A stretch of 63,983 nucleotides of DNA, the filler included, from Tortispora ganteri (taxonomy: Eukaryota): the NCBI GenBank assembly GCA_003707115.1. It is 17 parts of 17 records of this genome, joined end to end, with 100 filler letters (N's around TTAATTAATTAA, not from the genome) between each part and the next. Parts side by side here need not be neighbours in the genome. Positions count along the whole stretch, not along the records: positions 20,810 to 24,541 come from PPNB01000087.1; positions 24,642 to 28,349 come from PPNB01000088.1; positions 28,450 to 32,118 come from PPNB01000089.1; positions 32,219 to 35,869 come from PPNB01000090.1; 13 more parts are not named here. The stretch is one strand, 5' to 3'. The position numbers and the translations under genes were made by a program. The stretch's first letter is position 1. Each line of letters opens with the position of its first letter. Shown one piece after another: positions 22,201 through 33,572 of the stretch. A model generated the notes under the pieces. The model was not told the origin of the DNA, made no database searches, and worked only from the letters and a program-made list of their open reading frames with translations.

Positions 22201-23389
22201 AAGTCGCAGCGTACAGAGATAACGATGAATATGTTTTCAGTATCGATTGAAGTTGTTGTTCTGCCGAGTAGAAGAGGATGCCTATATTACTGTAAACGGT
22301 TAAGTGGCATTATCCGGCGAAAGCTATTCTTAAAAGAGAGATAGATAATAAAATGACACTAGCAACTGAGAGAACTACATTGCTTCAGTAGCTCATAGCA
22401 GAACGATTAGTTCGAAACTATAATCTGTTCTATTAAAGCTTATCATGAAATAACTAGTACTAGTGGAAAGGTGCTAATGTACAAGCTGAAAATAGTAGTA
22501 GCAAAAGCTACATAGCTGGCTGTTCGCCAGAAATATTATTATAAAACAATAAATTAAGCACAGCCATTTGAAAAGTATTTATACTGTAATTGGTGTACTG
22601 ATAGTGGAGTTTAGCTGCGAAAAAACGTCATACACGTCGCCACGATGTCAAAAGGTGAATGTGGGAAAGCGTGACAGTAGTAGTGCATCCGTGGCATTGT
22701 AGCCCCATTTACCCATCCACAAAACAGATGAAAGTTGAACCTTATACATTATAAGGTTCTTACTATATGTAAGTATATTTTTTTCCAGCTGTATGATAGC
22801 TGATAGGTTTAGGTGTAAGTATAGCTGTCTGTTGCGGTTTAAAAACAGCTTTTAAACCAGTTGCAGGATTTTTCTATTATTTTTTTTGGCTCTAGTGAGC
22901 CAGAAGCAAGGTCAGGAAAATAGGGACCAACAAAGAGCAGGGTAGGTATCTTTTGTACAAGAGTGTCCGGTCAATTGCCACTAAAATTGAATATATCATG
23001 ACTCTTACTAGGCATTCGCAACCTACAAGCAGAACATGAAATCACAGTAAATAATTCGCGCACTTTGATAATCCACAAGGAGTGGAGCGACTTGCGATAT
23101 ACAGCTTAACTATTTCCGTATTAGCTGTAGGTTTTGCCGAAATCGATCTAAACTTAAATGAGAGCAGTGCTACCACATACTCATAACTGGCGACAATAGG
23201 CCTATTCTTCTTGGCAGAGTGTGACTAGTAAGTACAGAACTTAGAACTTTGCAGCTAAAACCTAAATAACAAAATATCGCTTCTTCAATCACTCGATAAC
23301 GAATAAGGTTCAAAAGTAACAATTACGGGCAAGTCAAACAAACTGTACCCACGTGCGGGCAATCTACGCGGTGGTGAACCAATTTGTGT

Positions 23390-23532
23390 TGATTGCCGAT
23401 TCTTTCTAAATGATCAGTTAACCAGTTCATAGCTAAAATCTTTGGGCACACTTAGAACCTTGTTGATGGCCGATTCTTTCTAAATGACTAGTTCGTAGCT
23501 AGAATTGTTGGACACACCTAAGAGCGTTGATG
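23390..23532. repeat. Imperfect ~70-bp tandem duplication
   Basis: gccgattctttctaaatga...agttc(a/g)tagcta occurs twice. Confidence 0.7.
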
Positions 23533-24325
23533 TAGTGTAATTGTCACAATTGCTTTCAAGGGGAACCGGGACTCAATTGTGAGAATTAGGTTACAACCTT
23601 ATGCACGTCAAATTGACTTTCCTAGCTAGAACACATTTGGAACCGCTTTGGCAGCATTTTAGTGCTATTCTCGCTTGGTATTGATATATATACTGATATT
23701 TTAATCAAAAAGGAATAACTGCAATATTAAGCTTTTATCTTAGTTGCTTTTGATGTAGTATTGCAAATTTCGACCTGAATTTCGACCTTTCCCATAGCTT
23801 TTTTACACTTAGTGCTAACGGTCTCGACCTTGTCCCTCGCCATAGGTTGATAATGAATCGGCAACTTATTTTGATTACATTGCTATTTAGCGTCATTAAT
23901 AGCCCACCTATAGTTACTATTTTGCAGAATCTATCTTGTGTATAGTTTCCTTTCTTGAACTTATCTGCGTTAAACCGGCATTCTTTGATATTTTCTATCG
24001 TGTAAAGGAGCCCCACATCTGAACCTATACATACCAGCACTCTTGGCTTAGTATATACGTTACCCTGGTTTTTCTAGATCCATACTGATCATAATAGAGG
24101 TTTTACATCATACGAACAGTGCACATGCAAATCCTCAGTCTAGCACTCTAATCTCTACTCACTGCGTCAATTGCATTTTAACGAACGGCCTTTTTCTTTC
24201 TGTTTAGCAACGAGTGACCATCCCTGCTGAATCCTCCCAACCCTCACCACTTTAGCCGCACGCTACACGCTGCATACCAGGTGGGGACCTCCCAGCTGAT
24301 TCTCTCTTACACGCGCACCGCGGCA

Positions 24326-24541
24326 ATGTTTACTGCCAGGATTTGCTGGGCTAAATCCCTGGTTCGCGCCTACTCATCACTCGTAAAACTTAGACCGTAC
24401 CAGGAAAAATGTATCGACTCTATTTTGACTGCGATAAACAACGGTACTAACCGTGTGGGTGTCAGCCTTGCCACCGGTGCTGGCAAAACAGTCATATTTA
24501 GTCACCTGATTGATCGCGTTACTGTCGATGATCCACTGAGA
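24326..24541 (+). CDS. IRC3: Mitochondrial SF2 helicase Irc3-like (3' partial)
   Basis: Presequence-like N-terminus, LRPYQEKCI Q motif, GVSLATGAGKTVIF Walker A. Confidence 0.8.
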
Positions 24542-24641
24542 NNNNNNNNNNNNNNNNNNNNNNNNNNNNNNNNNNNNNNNNNNNNTTAATTAATTAANNN
24601 NNNNNNNNNNNNNNNNNNNNNNNNNNNNNNNNNNNNNNNNN

Positions 24642-25054
24642 ACCTTCGATCGGATCGATCGTCTCTGATTGGTCGATCTAAAACTTTAACCTTCGATCGG
24701 ATCGATCGTCTCTGATTGGTCGATCTAAAACTTTAACCTTCGATCGGATCGATCGTCTCTGATTGGTCGATTTAAAAGCTTAACCTTCGATCGGATCGAT
24801 TGTCTCTGATTGGTCGATCCAAAAGCTTAACCTTCGATCGAATCGATCGCCTCTTATTGGTCGATCCAAAAGCTTAACCTTCGATCGGATCGATTGTCTC
24901 TGATTGGTCGATCCAAAAGCTTAACCTTCGATCGAATCGATCGTCTCTGATTGGTCGATCCAAAAGCTTAACCTTCGATCGGATCGATCGCCTCTGATTG
25001 GTCGATCCAAAAGCTTAACTTTCGATCGGATCGATTACCTCTGATTGGTCGATT
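24642..25054. repeat. 47-bp non-coding tandem repeat, about 9 copies, running off the contig end
   Basis: Units start at 24642, 24689, 24736, 24783, 24830, 24877, 24924, 24971 and 25018. Confidence 0.95.
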
Positions 25055-26186
25055 TATACCAAACTTTAATTGGAAATTAAAGCTTCTTATTGGCTGATTC
25101 GTTACCCTAACCTGGTTTAGGAATTAGGCCTTCTGATTGGTCAATATTGTTTCAAACTCTAATTTTTTGAATAAACTGTGCAGCTAATTGATTGGCTAAT
25201 ATAAGGTTTATACTGCCTAATCGGGATATATTGCCTCGGCTCAAAACCTTAATCGCTAAAGATCGTCAACCATTATAGTAATATATCTCTGTAATACTGT
25301 ATGGTTTCACTGCGCACTGAAGATACAGTAGTTATAGCATAAAATTAATGTCTTCGGCTAAAGTATTCGCAATACTCCATTTGGCGTAGCCTGAAGATCT
25401 ATAATATCTTCTGCTTTGTCTCACTGCATGCTCTCAACGTGAAGTGCTAGGTGCTCAGTAGGCGAAAAGATGCGCAGCTTTAAAATGCTACAAACCCAAG
25501 TAATAATGTGTTTCCAGCAATTTTATTGCCACTAAATAAAACCGATCAGTGGTGCTAGTAGTTTGAAACTATTTTCACGTTTGTGAATGTCGTTTCGCCG
25601 GCATTGGAACCGAATCAACAAAATCAACGATACATGCCCTCATGGTCGTCGGCAAGCAGTGCAGAAATTGGAATTGCATGTTAACATGCAACTTCACAGA
25701 ATAAGCTATATTCTAATAGTAGGAACATAAATAATCACAGCTTCGATTGCTTTTCGACGGTATTCACGACTGTTTTGGACAGTATTACAAGATTATCAAA
25801 CTTATCCAAAAGTGCCACGGTTGTTGGCAAGGGCCATTTCTGAGACAGCGAAATGAGTCCAGCGTTCAGTTGCACTAGCTCCCTGCAAGCACAGTATTTC
25901 TCGTTCTGTTAGTCCAGTAGACTTAAGAATATCCTCTAGTTATTTAATGCGTAATAACAGTAATTTTCCGCGTAAAATCGCGTTATCCTAGAGGAATTAC
26001 AGTTCCTTACAGAACCTCATTGATTAGTGAGACAGCCGTAGCACCTAGTCGATGCCCAAAGGAGGTCTTGTCTGGTATTCCCAACCCAGCCGCAAATCCA
26101 AGGCTTTATTAACAGCCAACCTTTCAGCCCCGAGACCTAATATCAACACTGTTTTGTTCATTTAAAGACTAAGTTATTTTTGTAGC

Positions 26187-27581
26187 ATGAGATGGATAAG
26201 AACTCTGAATAGATCTGCTATACGATCGTATTCTATGACATTTGGTCAGCCTATCTATGAAACGCATCCTCATCTTATCCAACCTGGTGAGATATCGCCT
26301 GGTATTACAGCGCAAGAATACTACGAAAGACGAATCAAACTTTCTTCCTTGTTACGACCTAAGTCTGTTGCTATATTAATAGGGAGCGAGGTTAAATATC
26401 GAGCCGGTAATGTGTTTTACGAATTTCATCAGGATCCGAACTTCTATTACCTCAGCGGTTTTGACGAGCCCGATTCCTTGATGGTTATCGAGAACATAAG
26501 CTCGAAGTGTAGTTTTCACCTTTTCGTCCGACCAAAAGATCCCAAAGCTGAGCTCTGGGATGGTTCTAGGACTGGTATTGAAGCTGCTATAGAGATATTC
26601 AATGCCGATACTTCTGGTTCTAGCGCAACAATGCCGGGACTGGAAAAACTCATTAGCTCTAGTGAAAATGTGTATCTAAATCAAACAGATACTCGCGATT
26701 CTTCCTTCTCCTTATTTACGGGTCCTTCTTCGAAAACTTTTTCTTGCGGAAAAATCTACCAAATGGTAAAAAACAAGGCGATCTACAACATTGGCCCTAT
26801 TGTCGAGTCTTTGAGAACTATAAAATCTTCTGCGGAGATTGATGTTATGCACAAGGCCTCACAAATGTCTTCCAAGGCATATAATGACGCCTACAAAACT
26901 AAATTTACAAAGGAATCGGACTTGTATGCCTTTTTAGAGTACAGGTTCAAAATGGAAGGTTGTGACAGATCTGGCTATGTGCCAGTTGTGGCAGGCGGAA
27001 CCAATGCCCTACAGATCCACTACACTAAAAATTATGACATTTTACAAGATGAAGACTTGGTATTAGTGGATGCAGGTGGGCAACTAGGATATTACTGCGC
27101 TGACATTTCTCGCACCTGGCCTGTTAGCGGAAAGTTTTCCGCTGCACAAAAAGACCTATATGAAGCTATTCTGAGCGTGAACAAGGATTGCATTAAACTA
27201 GGATCGGAGGCCTCAAATTATTCTTTGAATGAAATTCATTATTACTCCGTTGAGCTCATGGATATCGCTCTTAAGAATATTGGCATCAACGTATCCAGAT
27301 CAAGTTTAACGCGGCTTTACCCTCATCACGTTGGCCACTATCTTGGCCTCGAGGTCCACGACACGCACAGTATCAGTCGATCAAAACCACTGAAAGCTGG
27401 ACAAGTTATTACTATAGAGCCAGGTATATATGTTTCCGAGAATGACCCTGACGTTCCCTCAGCCTACCACGGCATTGGTATTCGTATTGAAGACAATGTA
27501 TGTGTCGGCGCCAAGCAACCCTTTGTTCTCACATCAACTGCCCTCAAAGAGGTAAGTGATATTGAGAGCAATCTAAATTAA
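26187..27581 (+). CDS. ICP55: Mitochondrial intermediate cleaving peptidase 55 (M24B aminopeptidase P family)
   Basis: FGQPIYETHPHLIQPGEISPGI, LVLVDAGG, DISRTWP, HHVGHYLGLEVHD, TIEPG, GIRIED. Confidence 0.93.
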   Translation: MRWIRTLNRSAIRSYSMTFGQPIYETHPHLIQPGEISPGITAQEYYERRIKLSSLLRPKSVAILIGSEVKYRAGNVFYEFHQDPNFYYLSGFDEPDSLMVIENISSKCSFHLFVRPKDPKAELWDGSRTGIEAAIEIFNADTSGSSATMPGLEKLISSSENVYLNQTDTRDSSFSLFTGPSSKTFSCGKIYQMVKNKAIYNIGPIVESLRTIKSSAEIDVMHKASQMSSKAYNDAYKTKFTKESDLYAFLEYRFKMEGCDRSGYVPVVAGGTNALQIHYTKNYDILQDEDLVLVDAGGQLGYYCADISRTWPVSGKFSAAQKDLYEAILSVNKDCIKLGSEASNYSLNEIHYYSVELMDIALKNIGINVSRSSLTRLYPHHVGHYLGLEVHDTHSISRSKPLKAGQVITIEPGIYVSENDPDVPSAYHGIGIRIEDNVCVGAKQPFVLTSTALKEVSDIESNLN

Positions 27582-28451
27582 CGCTTTTATCATCAATTCA
27601 AAACTAAATGTAATTTGTCGTTTCATAGTTGCAGTTACCATCCTCGATCGCGTATCACCATAATGGCCGCAAGTGACTTGCATGTAAATACACATACTAT
27701 TGAAACAATCGCCAGAACACCTCTTCTAGACCAATACTCTTATTAAAATGTAGTTGATTCAGACGCCAACAATACAATCTCTGACAGCTCGACCGAATCA
27801 TTGTATTTTCAAACCGATCTGATACAATGCCTTGAGTTCAGAGCTAACCATCTAGCGTAATTTGGGACATTGGGATATCTTTACTTTGACTTCTTCAAAA
27901 GGTCAACGGATCGCCATAAAACAGTAATATATTGTACCTACACTTGTCTACATATTCATGTTTTATATATATGAAGCAATTATAACTCGATATATTTTTT
28001 CAAAAGTTTCATGGAGATTGAAAAGGTGACATAGATTGGTGGAAACGCGGTGGCAAGTGTCCTTATATTCCCGCCGCTTACCGCACCACTGGTAAATAAT
28101 GGACGATCTTTAGCAAGAACAGTTTATTTACAGTGCTATCTCCTCTAAACAGCTTATAACGGGCTCTGCGACATTAACAATAAAGAAAGAAAAGCACCTG
28201 GACTATATTGCTTCACTTCAGTCTGCTGACGAAAGAACCTGGAAGCGATTCAGTCGGACAGCTAAGAGCTATGTAATGTACTTACTAAGTGGCCTTGATA
28301 TATCAAAGAGTCTTTTCGCCTGAATACGATGTTAAATCGCAATTTAGCTNNNNNNNNNNNNNNNNNNNNNNNNNNNNNNNNNNNNNNNNNNNNTTAATTA
28401 ATTAANNNNNNNNNNNNNNNNNNNNNNNNNNNNNNNNNNNNNNNNNNNNCA

Positions 28452-29753
28452 TCTTCGATCTATAGTAACTCAAGTGCTTTACCGACGTCGATCTATAGTA
28501 ACTCGAGCGTCTTGCCCTCGTCGATCTATAGCAACTCAAGTCTCTTGCCCTCGTCGATCTATAGTAACTCGAGCGTGTTACCAACATCGATCTACAGCAA
28601 CTCGAGTGTCATACCGACGTCGATCTACAGCAACTCGAGCGTCTTGCCCTCGTCAATCTACAGTAACTCAAGTGCTTTACCGACGTCGATTTATAGCAAC
28701 TCGAGCGCCTTACCGACGTCGATCTACAGCAACTCGAGTGTCATACCCTCTTCAATCTACAGCAACTCGAGCGTCTTGCCTACGTCGATTTACAGCAACT
28801 CGAGCGCCTTACCAACTTCGATCTACAGCAACTCGAGCGCCTTACCAACTTCGACTTACAGCAACTCGAGCGCCTTGCCGACGTCGATCTACAGCAATTC
28901 AAGCGCCTTACCGACGTCGATATACAGCAACTCGAGTGTCTTAGCCTCTTCAATCTACAGCAACTCAAGCGTCTTACCAACTTCGATCTCCGGCAACTCG
29001 AGTGTCTTGCCCTCTTCAATCTACAGCAACGCAAGCGTCTCACCGACTTCAATTTACAGCAACTCGAGCACCTTGCCGACTTCGTCTGGCAACTCAAGCG
29101 TCTTACCATCTTCGATCTACAGCAACTCGAGTGTCTTGCCTACGTCGCTCTATAGTACCTCAAGCGTCTTACCAAATTCGTCTGGCATCTCGAGCATTCT
29201 ATCATATTCATCGGAGTTAAGCACTTCGAGTTTCGATATCAGCACGTCCATCTCGGTTCAGTCGAGTTCGACCATCTCGAATATCCCCAGCTGTGAAGTG
29301 ACATCTGACGCCTGCCAGTGCGAACCGTCGCAGACGCTGCTGGCGCGACAGTGGCCTGTAAATCTTACGGAGTACAATGAAACTCAGGTGGCTAACGGGG
29401 AGTACCGGCGAGGGAATCCCCGCCCTGTTGAGGCGAGATATCGAACTACACTCCTAGAGTTCTACTATAATGCCGATGTAGTGACAGAGGTGCTGATTTA
29501 TGTTCACGGACCGATCGACATACTAGAAAGATCTTCTATCCCGTTCACAGGATACGCGTATGGCGGGCAAGGCGCGATGACGTGTGGGGACATAGAGACA
29601 ATTGGAAGCGGCGGATGGAGCCAAGATACGCACACTGACCCCGATGATTGGCTTACTTACAGGACATTCAAAAATGGGTGGACGCCGTTGCGATTGGTGA
29701 TCTACTCTGTGACGGATGATTTCTTTTTTATTGCTTTCGTCTATGACAATTAG
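28452..29753 (+). CDS. Family member 3' part: NSS stalk plus C-terminal variable domain (5' partial)
   Basis: Decamer repeats to ~29150; domain CQCEPSQTLL...GWTPLRLVIY. Confidence 0.88.
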   Translation, partial: SSIYSNSSALPTSIYSNSSVLPSSIYSNSSLLPSSIYSNSSVLPTSIYSNSSVIPTSIYSNSSVLPSSIYSNSSALPTSIYSNSSALPTSIYSNSSVIPSSIYSNSSVLPTSIYSNSSALPTSIYSNSSALPTSTYSNSSALPTSIYSNSSALPTSIYSNSSVLASSIYSNSSVLPTSISGNSSVLPSSIYSNASVSPTSIYSNSSTLPTSSGNSSVLPSSIYSNSSVLPTSLYSTSSVLPNSSGISSILSYSSELSTSSFDISTSISVQSSSTISNIPSCEVTSDACQCEPSQTLLARQWPVNLTEYNETQVANGEYRRGNPRPVEARYRTTLLEFYYNADVVTEVLIYVHGPIDILERSSIPFTGYAYGGQGAMTCGDIETIGSGGWSQDTHTDPDDWLTYRTFKNGWTPLRLVIYSVTDDFFFIAFVYDN

Positions 29754-31407
29754 GTTAGTTCTGTATTATAAAGTGACAGTTTGAGTCGGGTTTGGGCACT
29801 GGGGTGGATTTATAGGTAGTGTTTGTGAGATTGGGGGAGGTTATCGCGGGTTATGCGGATGGGGAGTGTGTGATGGATTAGAAGGATTAGTTTATATACT
29901 TATAGAAGTATTTATCGGTGCATATTAGATTGAATGTAGATGAACAGGTGTTTGGTTGTCGTCATGAATATCAACAAAGATCGCTACTGAGAAATGCAAG
30001 TATCTGAAAAGCCGCAAATGCCAGTTGAGATTAACGTTTGATTAAATGAGTGGGTGGGGCTAGTGCAATAATCGTATTTGTATTAAGAATTAAATATACG
30101 TTATCAGTGTTAGCAGACCAATAAACCATTTAAACAGATACTCTCAGGCTGTATATTTGTTACTAGAATGAGTGTAAAAAATGCAGGGATTGTAATGAAG
30201 CACAGGATGCTGGTGTATTCCAAAATTGGCAATGAGTGACACATGCCAATACAATTATAGTTGGCAGTGCGGGAAATAAACTTCGTTGTTTTGCTTTCGG
30301 TAGATTCTAGTGCGCAACGAAGTTGATGAACCTTGTTATTGTCATATCCCACTAAAAGAACTGTTGAGGATTTTATTAACTCTTTATAATCTCGCAGGAT
30401 AGTACGCTTGGCATTGAAGAGGCGGTACAATGACGTATCGAAAGCAGAGTATTGCAAAGCGGCGCAATTGCGTTACATGAAGAACAAGCAAGAACAACAA
30501 GTGCAACAGATTTTCTCTGACAGTCTCTACGCTTGATAGTGCTTTGAGCTAAGTTTAATAATTAGCCAAGAAATATATGCAGTGCTAATTGTCTAGAATC
30601 TCAGAACACCCGGGTATCAGTGAAGCTAGATTACCGCGATTAGATTGCGAGCTATATAGAGTTGGTCTCCAAACCGAAGATACCAAGAACATAGAGCATC
30701 TTAAAAAATAAGAGTAAGAAGGAGGTAGTATACGTAATTTCTATTATAAAAAGGAAAAAGATATTCTTCAACGATTAATCTCATTAATAAAAAAATCATG
30801 CGATAATTGCGATGATGTGCTATTTAGATAATTACTGTGAATCAGGGCGCTTTTTTTCAACTATTAACGACTCAATTAGATATATTTAATCGCTCAAATA
30901 GAAACTTAGTAGGCGGTATTTGAAAATTATTTAATTACTGCAACCTCAAGCGAACGTTTTCAGGGTTTCATTCAATCATATAATCTTGAACATGCATAAA
31001 AGTATACTTATATATTGATCTAAGCTCAATTTGAAACTTTATCTAACTTATAAAGAAACTCTTCAATACTTCCCAATAGTCACTAAACATTAATGGCTAG
31101 TCAATAATTTTCACAATATAATGAGTTACAGTAGCTTTGTTTCTTTAAAATTTACCAGAAAACTGTTAACGCTGTAATACACTAAACAGTACATGCACAG
31201 CTTTGGTTCTTGCCAGTTACTTTCTGCAGTACAATGAGCGCACAAGTTTGAGGCTAAAAAGTCGTTTAGCGTGAACTCTAATAACTCTAAATGCCCAGCA
31301 ACCAAATAAGGCCAACTTTCTTTTTACCACTATGAGATATTCAGGATAATTAGAAGAATGTCAAGAAGATCAGACCAGACAATTAGTGATCAATTCTGCT
31401 GGAAAAG

Positions 31408-31484
31408 CCAATAAGCTTATTATGCTTTTTGCTACCATATAAAAGAGGCCCTGCGCGCTGCTTTTTGCCCTCCAGTTGCTCGCC
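31408..31484 (+). promoter_or_regulatory. Putative core promoter of MVQT-type genes (CCAAT 31408, TATAAAAG 31438)
   Basis: A TATA-like motif ~40-47 nt before the ATG recurs in all MVQT copies; (C/G)CAAT lies upstream in most. Confidence 0.5.
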
Positions 31485-32118
31485 ATGGTGCAGACAATAT
31501 ACAGTACTATCGTGGAAACGAACACGCTCATTTGCAGCCCACCTGTTGAGACTTCTACTGTCTACGGACGCTTGTATACTTCTGAGTCTGCTGCTACACG
31601 TGCGACCGTCTACGACGACCAATGCGCGCCTCATGTGTCTACAGTTTCAGGCTGGTACTGCAACCAGTGCACACCCGCTACGGTGACCTATATACCTAGT
31701 CCGCCGCTCGTCAAAGACGACTGTACCTACGTCTGGTCATACTACGAGTCCGTGTCTATGTCCGTGTCGGTTGACGTGCAAGTCTCCATTGAGATTCCAG
31801 TCATTATCACGGAAACTATAGCACCTGCGCCTCCGCCTACACACCCCGCTACAGCTACCGCGACTGTTCCTACGACTGTTCCTACGACTGTGCCCACGAC
31901 TGTGCCCACGACTGTGCCCACGACTGTGCCCACTACTGTGCCTGCAGATGCATGCTCAACCGCACCTGCCTACAGCGCAGGCCAAGCATTTGCCGCTATA
32001 TACGAGGGCGCAGTAGACTTGTCGTCCAGCGATATCCAGAACGGTGACTACAGGAACTACCAGCGAGACGACGTGGCCGCCACTGTCTCGTCAAACTCTA
32101 TATCGGCATCAGTTTCCG
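31485..32118 (+). CDS. Family member 5' part (3' partial)
   Basis: MVQT start, N-domain, PTTV repeats, start of domain A. Confidence 0.85.
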
Positions 32119-33261
32119 NNNNNNNNNNNNNNNNNNNNNNNNNNNNNNNNNNNNNNNNNNNNTTAATTAATTAANNNNNNNNNNNNNNNNNNNNNNNNNN
32201 NNNNNNNNNNNNNNNNNNGGGTGGGCATGGCAACGGTACTAATTTTAGACTGCACAGATGCGACCACCATTAAGTAGAAGCGGGCTGCTTAAATTAAAAA
32301 TGCATGAATTCAAAGCCTCTATCGCGTAGAATCGGAAAAAAAAGAAAATCAAGTCCATATGATTCTAGTATAAGGACAATTTATTTTTCTGGTGATATAA
32401 TCTAAACAAACTCTTATAGTCGTGGTTAAAATGGAGACTCTTAGTGAAACCTGTGGTTACGAGCGACAAAAGTAGATATGATTGTTCTATTGTTGCATAC
32501 GTGACCTATTGTTATAATAATTTCTCAGGAATATCACCATTAAATAAAGATTAGGCGAACACGCGTTTCTTCGCATTTTTTATGCGACAATTCTCTAACA
32601 AATTGAAGCATTTTGCTAATGACATATGCCTCTCTGCAGGCTGGTTTCGATGGCCTTATACAAATTATTTCGCCTAGTAAATTGCTTTTTGACTGCGCTG
32701 AGGATGCACCGCCCCGCCACTTTGCTCTTTAAAGACGTTCCAAGTCATATATATTCGGCCTGGTCCTTAGTGTAATTAAATACTCTTCCCAGGTCACTCT
32801 CACTGATTGAGGTGCGATAATAAATGTCACCGGCGGAATAGCTGGCTCTGGAGGTTTATCTTGCTTTAGCTTTGGTTGCACTCTGGACATAACCTAACCT
32901 GTTTCCCCGTTATTTTCACAACAGTGAGCTCCTATCTACTCGTTTTTAAAAAAAATGCAGCATCAAACCATACAAGTTGCTGAATGGTTTACTTAGGAAG
33001 CCACAAACAGCACGATTTATATTTATTTTGTACAATAAATATGGAGTTCTCGTACGAATGCCTGTTCTTTTCTAACTAACACCGCGGTGAAGTTTGACTT
33101 TTACCAAACCTTTCAGTGACCGTTGCTATGCAACTCATAAAGACCAATGTTCCGAAAGAGTTGCACCGGCGATAGCGCGAACATGGCAGCGTCGGCTGCC
33201 GTGCTGCGAGTAAACCTATTAACCTACCTACAATCCTCTAATTATACGAATACGGTTATTA

Positions 33262-33266
<5 letters not shown>

Positions 33267-33292
<26 letters not shown>

Positions 33293-33293
33293 T
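33267..33293 (+). repeat. (TAA)n microsatellite
   Basis: Directly visible. Confidence 0.9.
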
Positions 33294-33492
33294 ATATAAG
33301 TATGGTACTGAAATAGTTCCCGTCACGTTGACGGGCTTTGAGAAATGGCATTCTCGTCAACGTTTCGACGCATAAACATTTAACACAGGTATTGGACATG
33401 GCGTAGCATAGAGTAAAAGACATCTTATCGTCTTAGAGATCACACAAGTAAAATTAATAATGCTGTTTCGCTCACGATCATGGCAATATTGC

Positions 33493-33511
33493 TTACAAGG
33501 ACCTCGAAGAT

Positions 33512-33572
<61 letters not shown>

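Noticed and set aside
24642..25054. CRISPR array
   Set aside because: Units are contiguous with no unique spacers, there are no cas genes, and the context is eukaryotic.
25104..25112. CCCTAACC telomere-like motif
   Set aside because: Single occurrence, not an array.
27385..27400. Alternative CUG decoding (Ser/Ala clades)
   Set aside because: CTG occupies conserved Leu positions in ICP55 (KPLKAG), GDE1 (AANLGA) and ADE5,7, consistent with the standard code.
31422..31484. Cryptic signal peptide upstream of MVQT (MLFATI*KRPCALLFALQLLA)
   Set aside because: Interrupted by TAA, and the frame is broken by indels in other copies (800, 5059, 55866).
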